A stretch of DNA of 64,000 nt, from NCBI GenBank assembly GCA_026984135.1, contig JALSSR010000095.1, positions 1,840-65,839 of the forward strand, in the 5' to 3' direction. Below the pieces are notes generated by a model. The model searched no databases and was not told the origin of the DNA. It saw only the letters and a list, made by a program, of their open reading frames with translations. The translations under genes were made by a program, and so were the position numbers. Source of the stretch: Bacteroidales bacterium (lineage in GTDB: Bacteria > Bacteroidota > Bacteroidia > Bacteroidales > JAADJA01). Shown here piece after piece: positions 18,491 to 27,050 of the stretch (the first letter of the stretch is position 1; every line of letters starts with the position of its first letter).

Positions 18491-21400
18491 ATGACAAAGT
18501 ATCTTTTATTCGTGTTTCTACTTTCGATAAACAATCTTTTCGCGCAATTCCCACCCGATACCATCTGGGAGCCGCAAGCACCTGCCGCCTTGCCGATGCC
18601 GGCCTATTTGCAGGCAGTCCGGGATACCGCCCGCAATATTGATATTACGCGTATCAGCGATACGCTTGCTTTTGGTGTACCGCCGGGCGCGGGAGCCTTG
18701 ATGCCGCAATATGCGAAAATCCAATCGTGGAACGCCGATATGTCCAAAATCCTTGTGGGCTATGTGCATATCCTTAACGCCGATGATTACACCATTTACA
18801 AAAATATCGCAAACGCCTATCAGGGAGGATATTTCAACGATGGCCGGTGGTCAAATACCGATCCCGACATACGGTATTTTTGTTGGGGGGATAATTTTTT
18901 GAAAATAAATATTGAAACTGAAGAAATTGATACGTTACAAAACTTTCCCAATTATGTTGTTACAATTGGCCCCTACGAAGGCAATATTTCGGCAGATGAC
19001 AAATATGTCGTTATTACGAACGATACGGCCATTCAGGGCTTTAACGTCGGGAACAGGGCTTCGCTTTACGATATTGAACTTGATACCGTAGTGGCAAGCA
19101 GGCATTTTCCCGGCTGGGGCTTCGACTGGGCATCCATAACCCCTTCAGGTGATTATATCGCAGTCTCAAATTATGAAACCGATAAAATAGAATTATATGA
19201 CCTTGATTTCAATTTTGTCAAGGTTTTGCTGAACAATACCGAACACGCCGATTTTGCCGTTGATGCCAACGGTGATGAGGTAATCGTGCAGGTAATTCCG
19301 CTATCAATGACAAGGTTGTCCGATAATCATTTTACAGATTTGATAACCGATGCGACATTGTGCGGCTGGCCCCACGAAAACCCCAGTATTGCCGGGCATG
19401 TTTCGGGTAGGAATTTTAATCTCCCGGGATGGGCTTATGTTTCGGCACAAATAAATGAATGCGGCAACGGGAACGGATTTTATTACGACACGGAAATATT
19501 TGCCGTAAAATTAGACGGAAGCGGTACGATACGCCACTTCGGACATGCCCGGTCATCTTTTTCGTCATACGACAGTTATGCAAAAGCAAGCGTCAGCCCC
19601 GACGGCACAAAAATGATTTTCAGTTCCGATTGGAATTTATATCCCAATCCCGATAATACCGTTTATGCTTATGTCTCGGAATTTCACAAAAGTCAATCCC
19701 ACTATGTTTCAACAAGCGGCAATAATGCAAATCCCGGATCAGAAGCCCATCCTTGGCTGACAGTGCAATACGGCCTTGACCATATTTTTTCGGGCGATAC
19801 CTTGATAATCATGGCAGGGGTTTACAATGAAAAAGTGATTGTTCCGGTTTCAGGTGTTTTAATTAAAAACTATCCAAATCAAAATGCCATCCTTGACGGC
19901 ACGGGACTGACCTATTCCGATGCAATTATGGAAATAACCGATCAATCCGATATTACCATCCAAGGGCTCGAAATCGCCAATAATGTGCAACTCGATGCAC
20001 AGGGGATTTTGATTTCGGGAAATTGCCAAAACATTACAATAAAGAACAATAAAATACACGACATCTATTTTTCATCCGACCCAAATGCTCCCGTTAATGA
20101 AAACACAAATAGTCAGCCCCTGATAGTTTACGGAACGCAAACAACGGCTATCTCAGGCTTGCTGATTACCGGAAACGAAATTTACAACTGCCGTCCGGGG
20201 TTTAGCGAGGCATTGTCAATTGATGGGAATGTGGACGGTTTTGATATTAGCAACAATCTGATCCATGACATAACCAACATCGGGATAGTTGCTGCAGGGC
20301 ATTACCAGGTATGCCCCGACCCTTTGCTTGACCAACCTCGAAACGGTGTCATTAAAAACAATCAAACTTATAATTGTCGTTCGCCATACGCAGCTTCGGG
20401 CGGCATTTATGTTGACGGTGCAAAAGATATAGTAATCGAAAATAATACTACTTATCAAAACGATTATGGTATTGAAGTTGGATGCGAAATTACCGGTAAA
20501 TCGGCATCGGGGATTATCGTTAAAAACAACATGATATACAATAACCGGATTACCGGTATTGCTTTCGGTGGTTTTGATTATCCGGCAGGTTCGGGAAAAA
20601 TTGAATCCTGTACTTTAAACAATAATACCCTTTTTCAAAACGATTCCATTAGTGATTACAATGGGGAAATGCTGATTACCTATACCGAAAATTGCAATAT
20701 TTTTAATAATATTTTCAGTACGACAAATCAGGACATAGCTTTTTATCTTGATATTGCTCCGGTCAACCTTTTTTTGGATTACAACCTTTATTTTTGCCCG
20801 GGGGGAAATATTTCTCTGGAGTTTAGTTGGAACGGAACAACCTATATGGGGCTTTCATATTTCCGGAACGGAACGGGGCAAGCTGCACATTCCATTTTCG
20901 GTGACCCGCAATTTGTTTCGGCTCTTTTGCCGACTCCCGACCTTCATTTACAAAACACATCCCAAGCTGTAGATAATGGTGATCCTGCTTATGTTCCCGC
21001 AACTGGCGAAACGGATATTGACGGGGAAAACCGAATTGTTAATTTCATAGTTGAAATAGGTGCCGATGAATTGACCGGAATATTGCTCGACCTGAAAGTT
21101 TTTCTTGAAGGACCTTTTAACGGAACGGAAATGAACCCCTCGTCAGGCTTGGAATCCTTTCCGTTAGCCCAACCGTACAATGTTGCCCCTTGGAATTATC
21201 AGGGGACTGAATCGGTAGTATCAATACCCAGTGGAACGGTGGATTGGGTATTGATTGAATTGCGCGATACAACCGAGGCTTCATTGGCAACCCCTGAAAC
21301 CGTAATTGCGAGACAAGCTGCATTATTGATGAATGATGGGAAAATTGTTGATACGGCAGGTACAAACGTACTGACGTTCATCTCAAAATCCGTATCGAAC

Positions 21401-21748
21401 AACCTGTTCGTGGTAATACGGCACAGAAACCATCTCGCCATTATGTCGGCAAATCCGGTAACCGTATCAGGCGGCATTTATTCATACGATTTCACTACGG
21501 CAATAACACAGGTTTACAATGGAGGTGCAGGGTATAAAGAGATAGCAACGGGCGTTTACGGAATGGTGGGCGGCGATGCCAATGCCGACGGCACTATTGA
21601 CGCAGCCGACAAAACCCTCTGGGCAAACGATGCCGGTACCAAAGGCTACAAAGCCACCGACCACAATATGGACGTTCAGGTGGACAACCGGGACAAAAAC
21701 GGTACGTGGGCAGGGAACGGGGCATATTCGGGGCAGGTGCCCCAATGA
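18491..21748 (+). CDS. secreted protein: TolB/PD40-like beta-propeller + right-handed beta-helix (pectin-lyase fold) + shared C-terminal module
   Basis: Start moved to MTKYLLFVFLLSINNLFAQ. Propeller-like strands (SADDKYVVITND, TPSGDYIAVSN, VSPDGTKMIFSSDWN). Beta-helix repeats (ITIKNNKIHD, ISNNLIHD, IENNTTYQN, VKNNMIYNN). Confidence 0.8.
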   Translation: MTKYLLFVFLLSINNLFAQFPPDTIWEPQAPAALPMPAYLQAVRDTARNIDITRISDTLAFGVPPGAGALMPQYAKIQSWNADMSKILVGYVHILNADDYTIYKNIANAYQGGYFNDGRWSNTDPDIRYFCWGDNFLKINIETEEIDTLQNFPNYVVTIGPYEGNISADDKYVVITNDTAIQGFNVGNRASLYDIELDTVVASRHFPGWGFDWASITPSGDYIAVSNYETDKIELYDLDFNFVKVLLNNTEHADFAVDANGDEVIVQVIPLSMTRLSDNHFTDLITDATLCGWPHENPSIAGHVSGRNFNLPGWAYVSAQINECGNGNGFYYDTEIFAVKLDGSGTIRHFGHARSSFSSYDSYAKASVSPDGTKMIFSSDWNLYPNPDNTVYAYVSEFHKSQSHYVSTSGNNANPGSEAHPWLTVQYGLDHIFSGDTLIIMAGVYNEKVIVPVSGVLIKNYPNQNAILDGTGLTYSDAIMEITDQSDITIQGLEIANNVQLDAQGILISGNCQNITIKNNKIHDIYFSSDPNAPVNENTNSQPLIVYGTQTTAISGLLITGNEIYNCRPGFSEALSIDGNVDGFDISNNLIHDITNIGIVAAGHYQVCPDPLLDQPRNGVIKNNQTYNCRSPYAASGGIYVDGAKDIVIENNTTYQNDYGIEVGCEITGKSASGIIVKNNMIYNNRITGIAFGGFDYPAGSGKIESCTLNNNTLFQNDSISDYNGEMLITYTENCNIFNNIFSTTNQDIAFYLDIAPVNLFLDYNLYFCPGGNISLEFSWNGTTYMGLSYFRNGTGQAAHSIFGDPQFVSALLPTPDLHLQNTSQAVDNGDPAYVPATGETDIDGENRIVNFIVEIGADELTGILLDLKVFLEGPFNGTEMNPSSGLESFPLAQPYNVAPWNYQGTESVVSIPSGTVDWVLIELRDTTEASLATPETVIARQAALLMNDGKIVDTAGTNVLTFISKSVSNNLFVVIRHRNHLAIMSANPVTVSGGIYSYDFTTAITQVYNGGAGYKEIATGVYGMVGGDANADGTIDAADKTLWANDAGTKGYKATDHNMDVQVDNRDKNGTWAGNGAYSGQVPQ
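21083..21745 (+). other. shared C-terminal module, copy 3 (221 aa, ends ...YSGQVPQ)
   Basis: LLDLKVFLEGPFNG.EM...VDWVLIELR...HRNHLAIMS...GDANADGTIDAADKTLW...DHNMDVQVDNRDKNGTW...QVPQ. Confidence 0.85.
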
Positions 21749-21858
21749 TATAAATAAACGTTGCGTCGCTGCGCCGCTGCGTGACTGCTATTAGTCTCAG
21801 TCTCATCTGCTTCAGTAGCAGATATAAATAAACGTTGCGTCGCTGCGCCGCCGCGTGA
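21747..21858 (+). repeat. two copies of a 38-nt GC-rich element (GATATAAATAAACGTTGCGTCGCTGCGCCGC(T/C)GCGTGA), 74-nt period
   Basis: Copies at 21747-21784 and 21821-21858. The core is the same as in the 26665-26883 tandem array. Confidence 0.8.
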
Positions 21859-21896
21859 GAAATCAATCGTTCTTTAAACATCTTCGCAGATGATTG

Positions 21897-21929
21897 CCGG
21901 ACAGGTTTAATTCTGCCCGGTATTTTTTT
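21897..21929 (+). terminator. rho-independent terminator-like hairpin after the 18491 gene
   Basis: CCGGACAG-gtttaatt-CTGCCCGG followed by a T-run. A homologous hairpin lies at 26919-26953. Confidence 0.55.
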
Positions 21930-21934
21930 ATACT

Positions 21935-22341
21935 GGTTCTTATCAGGTTTGCCCCGACCCTCTGCTTGACCAACCGTGAAGCGGTGTCATAGAAAACAAT
22001 ACTGCTTATCAAAACGATTCGATCAATGATTTCAAAGGTGAAATTCTGATAAGCTATACAAAACATTACACTGTTTTTAATAATATTTTCAGTACGACAA
22101 ATTAGGACATAGCCTTTTATCTCGATGTTTCTCCTGTAAACCTCTCTTTGAAATGTTCGGCGGCGATGGGAATGCAGATGGAAACATCACCGGTTATGAT
22201 AAAGATATCATCTGGAAACCGGCAGCCGGTACAAAAGGATATTTAAATGCCGATTTCAACCTGAAAGATCAGGTTGAAAACAAGGATAAAAATGATGTCT
22301 GGACGGATAACCTGAATGTTCCCGAGCAGGTTCCTAAATAA
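21935..22341 (+). pseudogene. decayed paralog of the 18491 gene (mosaic of its 3' half with large deletions; last 62 codons still open, ending EQVPK)
   Basis: Nucleotide stretches match 20306-20370, ~20440-20470, ~20650-20780 and ~21555-21748 of the upstream gene. There is an in-frame TAG (acaaattaggac versus acaaatcaggac). The 22153-22341 ORF keeps GDGNADGNITGYDK...DFNLKDQVENKDKNDVW...QVPK. Confidence 0.75.
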
Positions 22342-22575
22342 AATACTGTCGGTTTGTTATGAAAAATCATTTTTTTTGCCTCTTGTAATCCTCAGAGAAA
22401 CAGTGGATTGTGAATTTTGCTACCTTTTGAAACCGTCAATATAACCTTTTGCATACCCGTAATATTTTATTTACGCCTTTTGTGAATGTATTTTTGCCTG
22501 TGATGATTTTTTTAGCTAAAGATGGAAAATGCAAACAATGAAAAAAATAGGTATATGAACTTAAATTTAAAAACA

Positions 22576-23319
22576 ATGAAAAGGACAAATTTACTTTTTT
22601 CGGCTGCTATCGTCATTTTATTCATGCTTTTGGGTGGATGTTCAAAAGATGATGATACAACAAATGTTTCACCACAAAAAGATCCTCCCGTTTATGCGGG
22701 TAAGACCGTTACACCGCCGGACGCACTTATACAATCTTCGGATCCCGGTGCTCAGGAAGCCGCAATGTATATTAGTATGGCAAACAGCTTTGCAAATATG
22801 GCCGGTGGTTATATGACACCTCCCGGAAAATCATCCGGCTTTAAATCAACTAACGGTGACGGGCCTCCCTGGGTATATTCGTGGGATGTCAATGATGAAT
22901 CCGGGACCTATACTATTACCCTGACAATCAATGAAGATTCGGAAGGAAGCGATTGGAATATGAAAATAACAGGTGTTGTGGATGGCAACACTTTTACAAA
23001 CTTCACCTATATAAGCGGATGGCAATCGTCTGATGGAAAGGCCGGTAATTTTACTATATATGATTGGGATACGCAAGATATTGCTTTTACAATGTCGTGG
23101 ACAACAGACGATAACAATGTTTATACTTTGACTGTTGAATTTCCCGAAGATTCCAAAATAGTAATCACTTCAAATCCTGACAATTCCGGTACCATTGAAT
23201 TTTATGAATGGACAGGCAATGATTTCGGTCTTTCTTTCAAGGCTGTTTGGGATACGGCCGGTCATGGTGAGTACTGGGAATATGAGAATGGTGAGGTAAC
23301 CGAACATGGAACTTGGTAA
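22576..23319 (+). CDS. hypothetical lipoprotein
   Basis: Start placed at MKRTNLLFSAAIVILFMLLGGCSKDDD (signal peptide plus lipobox Cys). I recognise no family. Confidence 0.6.
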   Translation: MKRTNLLFSAAIVILFMLLGGCSKDDDTTNVSPQKDPPVYAGKTVTPPDALIQSSDPGAQEAAMYISMANSFANMAGGYMTPPGKSSGFKSTNGDGPPWVYSWDVNDESGTYTITLTINEDSEGSDWNMKITGVVDGNTFTNFTYISGWQSSDGKAGNFTIYDWDTQDIAFTMSWTTDDNNVYTLTVEFPEDSKIVITSNPDNSGTIEFYEWTGNDFGLSFKAVWDTAGHGEYWEYENGEVTEHGTW

Positions 23320-23339
23320 AAACTTTTAAAATATATAAT

Positions 23340-26300
23340 ATGAAGACACTAATCAATTTTTTAACGGTAATATTTTTCCTGACCATTGGCGTGTCGGGAT
23401 TAAATGCAGCAATAATCCACTCTATGCCCACAGGGGGCAACTGGCATGAAACAACCACCTGGCAGGAAGGCGTAGTCCCCGGCCCCACCGATGACGTGGT
23501 TATTGTCGGCGGAAGTACCGTCATTGTATATAATGCCGGACACGAATGCCACAACCTGACCCTTGAAAACAGCGCAGTATTGCAAAACCGCACCTATTCT
23601 AACCAGACACTATTGGTGCACGGAAACATATCCAATTACGGTTCGATTCAAAACAACACTTCTTATTCCTTAACAATTAACCTTGAAGGTAATTTCGATA
23701 ATTATGGTTTGGTAAACAATTTTCGTATCAAATTTACCGGAAACTCCGGGCACGAAGTATATTGCGATGCGGGAGATGTTTTTGAATGTACATATTTTGA
23801 AGCAGCCGACACTACGGGCAACTTGTCCCTTTTGAACAATATTGAATTTATCGGTACGGTCATTGACCTCAACGGCGTTGAAATCATAGGAAACACCTAT
23901 GCTGTCAAACTGTCCGGCGGCAGTTATGTTCAGGAAACCACCATCCATGATTTTACGGTTCAGGGAAAATTCATCTTTCGTTCTTCGGTATTTTTTGAAG
24001 GGGAAATCATTGTTCAGGACACTTTGTATAAACCTCTAAATAGCAATCTCAACCTCTATATTGACGGCAACCTGACAAACAATGGCGTAATCACAAAACC
24101 CAATTACAATTTCAACATTTACATCACCGGAAATATTGTGAACAACGGGCAATGGCTATGTAATGCCGTTCATTTTACGGGTACCGGATTGCAAAACGTT
24201 TCACTCGGAAGCGGAAAAGTCTTTGATTGTACTTATTGGATTGATGACGATAGCGGTTCTGCTATCGAAGCGCTTACGGATTTGTCGTTTACGGGTACGA
24301 ACATTGACCTGAACGGCAGCACCTTGACCTTGCCCAACGGCGGTCATACATTAAGTCTATCGGACGGATATATAAAAGATGGGGAAGTAAACTTTAATTA
24401 TGGGACATTGTTTATGGAAAACGATGCTTATATTGGTTCAGATTTATTGCTTGATAATGTTACTCTTGAAGGGGTTGTACAGTTGCGTAATAATGGTATC
24501 GAATTTTCGGGCGATATAATCAATAATGCCTTTTTGCGGAATTATGTTAATTCTAATATTTCTACCACCATCACCGGGAATATTACCAACAACGATACTA
24601 TTACCGATCCCAATTATAACTTTTACCTTAATGTAACCGGGAATATTACCAATAATGGGGTTTGGTCGATTAATCGAACAAATCTTACGGGCAGCGGCAA
24701 CCATACTATATCGCAAGGTGCAAGCGATATCTTTTCGGGAAATTATTTTAATGCGGCTGATACCACAGGAAATATTACCGCCCTTAGCGATATAACATTT
24801 GAAGGAACCAATATTGACCTTAACGGGCGTACATTGACAATGCCTGCCACAAAGGGTTCATTGCTCAGTCTGTCCGGTGGGTACATACAGGATGGGGAAG
24901 TAAATTTTAATTACGGGACATTGTTTATGGAAAACGATGCTTATATTGGTTCAGATTTATTGCTTGATAATGTTACTCTTGAAGGGGTTATCCAATTGCG
25001 TAATAATGGTATCGAATTTTCGGGCGAAATAATCAATAACGCCTTTTTGCGGAATTATGTTAATTCTAATGTTTCTACCACCATCACCGGAAATATTACC
25101 AACAACGACACTGTTACAGATCCAAACTATACTTTTACCCTCAATGTTACGGGAAATATTATCAATAATGGGATTTGGTCAATTTCTCACACCAACCTGA
25201 CAAGTACAGGACCACACACTTTATCATTGGGCAGCGGAAAATTGTTTTCGGGAAATTATTTCGAAGCCGAAGCAGGGACAGGGCTTATCACCGCCACCAA
25301 CGATATTGTTTTTCTCGGAACAGATGTTGACCTCAATGGCAGTGAAATGGCGATGCCCGATGAAAAACGGTTTTCCATACTCGGCACCTCAACGAATAAT
25401 GCTCATTTGGACGATGGCACCCTCAGCGGCGATAACTTTGAATTTGAAGGTAACGATTATTCCGATTTTGAGAATATCACATTCTCGGGTAATGTAACTT
25501 TATTCGGAAATGTAAGAGCGGTTGCCAGTGCCGATACTTTCCTTGGGGATGTGGATGTGCGCGATACGCTCAGCACCCGTACAAATACAAACTCCACGCT
25601 TACCATCGAAGGCAGGTTGATCAACAACGGCGCGATCATCAACAGCAATTACCATCTTTTTTTAAATTGCCACGGTCATCTTGTCAATAATGGTACATGG
25701 ACAAATTCCCAAACTACACTGAACGGCACAGAAGACCAGTTGATTTATCTTGTCTCGCAAAAACCTATTGATGGCTATGTCAGTTTTGACGCTGTTAATG
25801 GAAGTAACCCTTTTCAGTGGTACCTCGAAGACACCGTTTTGAACTCACTGGATTTTACGGGGGAAACATCCCAAATCCTGAACTGGCAAGTCCCTGTTTC
25901 CGATACTTATAGCGGTGATTTCTATTGCATCGGCAGCGGCGACACTTCAAGAACGATTGTTGTAAAAAGCGGTATTATCGTTGACCCGAAAATTTATTTG
26001 CAAGGACCTTACAACGGAACGGATATGAATACCGATTTATCTGATTTGGGTTTAATTCCATTAAACCAGCCGTTCAATATGTCGCCGTGGAATTATAATG
26101 GTAGCGAAACCGCACCCTCTATCCCTTCCGATGTGGTTGACTGGGTTTTGGTCGAACTCCGGCAAACTTCCGGCGGACCCGAAACCGCCACTTCCGGCAC
26201 CATTGTGATGCAGCGTGCATTATTGCTGAGGAATGACGGAGTAGCGATAGACCCCTATAATTTTACACCCGAATTAAAGTATGATATTCAGGTAACGGGT

Positions 26301-26651
26301 AATATTTATCTTGTTATCTGGCAACGGAATCACCTCGGCGTAATGTCGGCGGTTTCTATTGGCGGATTATCCCCTGCAAGATATGATTTTACAACCTCCG
26401 CTTCGCAAGCCTACGGAGGTACCGATGCCTTGATAGATCTGGGCAATGGTGTTTTCGGTATGATGGGGGGCGATGCCGATTACAGCCAGACTATCACAGA
26501 TCAGGATTTAGATGGCTTTTGGGAACCCAATGCGGGAAAACCCACGAACTATGACGCGGCAGATTTTACCCTTGACGGTCAGTTGGACAATAAAGACAAA
26601 GATCAAACATGGGCAAAAACCTTGGGAAAACAGACTCAGGTGCCCAACTAA
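23340..26651 (+). CDS. large secreted repetitive beta-helix-like protein with the shared C-terminal module
   Basis: Start moved to MKTLINFLTVIFFLTIGVSGLNA. About five ~170-aa modules (..GNITNNG.I..PNYNF.(L/I)(N/Y)(V/I)TGNI(T/V)NNG.W....). C-terminal module as in the three upstream genes. Confidence 0.8.
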   Translation: MKTLINFLTVIFFLTIGVSGLNAAIIHSMPTGGNWHETTTWQEGVVPGPTDDVVIVGGSTVIVYNAGHECHNLTLENSAVLQNRTYSNQTLLVHGNISNYGSIQNNTSYSLTINLEGNFDNYGLVNNFRIKFTGNSGHEVYCDAGDVFECTYFEAADTTGNLSLLNNIEFIGTVIDLNGVEIIGNTYAVKLSGGSYVQETTIHDFTVQGKFIFRSSVFFEGEIIVQDTLYKPLNSNLNLYIDGNLTNNGVITKPNYNFNIYITGNIVNNGQWLCNAVHFTGTGLQNVSLGSGKVFDCTYWIDDDSGSAIEALTDLSFTGTNIDLNGSTLTLPNGGHTLSLSDGYIKDGEVNFNYGTLFMENDAYIGSDLLLDNVTLEGVVQLRNNGIEFSGDIINNAFLRNYVNSNISTTITGNITNNDTITDPNYNFYLNVTGNITNNGVWSINRTNLTGSGNHTISQGASDIFSGNYFNAADTTGNITALSDITFEGTNIDLNGRTLTMPATKGSLLSLSGGYIQDGEVNFNYGTLFMENDAYIGSDLLLDNVTLEGVIQLRNNGIEFSGEIINNAFLRNYVNSNVSTTITGNITNNDTVTDPNYTFTLNVTGNIINNGIWSISHTNLTSTGPHTLSLGSGKLFSGNYFEAEAGTGLITATNDIVFLGTDVDLNGSEMAMPDEKRFSILGTSTNNAHLDDGTLSGDNFEFEGNDYSDFENITFSGNVTLFGNVRAVASADTFLGDVDVRDTLSTRTNTNSTLTIEGRLINNGAIINSNYHLFLNCHGHLVNNGTWTNSQTTLNGTEDQLIYLVSQKPIDGYVSFDAVNGSNPFQWYLEDTVLNSLDFTGETSQILNWQVPVSDTYSGDFYCIGSGDTSRTIVVKSGIIVDPKIYLQGPYNGTDMNTDLSDLGLIPLNQPFNMSPWNYNGSETAPSIPSDVVDWVLVELRQTSGGPETATSGTIVMQRALLLRNDGVAIDPYNFTPELKYDIQVTGNIYLVIWQRNHLGVMSAVSIGGLSPARYDFTTSASQAYGGTDALIDLGNGVFGMMGGDADYSQTITDQDLDGFWEPNAGKPTNYDAADFTLDGQLDNKDKDQTWAKTLGKQTQVPN
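24378..25403 (+). repeat. 513-bp (171-aa) intragenic tandem duplication, first ~240 nt of the copies about 95% identical by eye
   Basis: gatggggaagtaaa(c/t)tttaatta(t/c)gggacattgtttatggaaaacgatgcttatattggttcagatttattgcttgataatgttactcttgaaggggtt occurs at both 24378 and 24891. Confidence 0.85.
25977..26648 (+). other. shared C-terminal module, copy 4 (224 aa, ends ...GKQTQVPN)
   Basis: IVDPKIYLQGPYNG.DM...VDWVLVELR...QRNHLGVMS...GDADYSQTITDQD...DFTLDGQLDNKDKDQTW...QVPN. Confidence 0.8.
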
Positions 26652-26664
26652 TTATTAACCAAAA

Positions 26665-26883
26665 CCGCTGCGTCGTTGCGCCGCCGCGTGAGCAAAACAA
26701 AACGCTGCGTCGCTGCGTCGCTGCGTGAGCAAAAAAGTAATCGTTGCGTCGCTGCGTCGCTGCGTGAGCAAAAAAGTAATCGTTGTGTCGCTGCGCCGCC
26801 GCGCGAGCAAAAAAGTAATCGCTGCGTCGCTGCGTCGCCGCGTGAGCAAAACAAAACGTTGCGTCGCTGCGCCGCCGCGTGAG
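26665..26883 (+). repeat. six tandem 35-39-nt units: GC-rich core CG(C/T)TGCGTCGCTGCG(T/C)CGC(T/C)GCGTGAGC + A-rich linker (AAAAAAGTAAT / AAAACAAAA)
   Basis: Read directly. Starts 14 nt after the stop of the 23340 gene. The same core occurs twice at 21747-21858. Confidence 0.85.
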
Positions 26884-26918
26884 AAATTAATCGTTCTTTA
26901 AACATCTTCGCAGATAAT

Positions 26919-26953
26919 CACCGGGCGGATTTAGGTTTGTCCGGTGTTTTTTT
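26919..26953 (+). terminator. rho-independent terminator-like hairpin
   Basis: CACCGGGCGGA-tttagg-TTTGTCCGGTG (11 pairs, 3 of them G-U) followed by TTTTTTT. Confidence 0.6.
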
Positions 26954-27021
26954 GTATATTCACTTTGTAAATTCCCCGCAGATGGACAACTCCGATTAAT
27001 AGTGGTTTAAAAAAAATATTG

Positions 27022-27029
27022 TAGATTTG
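27022..27029 (+). promoter_or_regulatory. candidate -7 box TAGATTTG
   Basis: TAnnTTTG match 22 nt upstream of the ATG at 27051. Confidence 0.45.
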
Positions 27030-27050
27030 CAGAAATAAAAAAAGACAAAG

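Noticed and set aside
26648-26905. ORFs translated through the GC-rich tandem repeats (26648-26905 -, 26655-26849 -, 26676-26882 +, 21594-21881 -), which share the N-terminus MFKERLISHAAAQRRN
   Set aside because: The open frames exist on both strands only because the GC-rich cores lack stop codons. The products are pure repeat translations (AATQRLLFCSR...). The shared N-terminus simply reflects the duplicated 3' flank.
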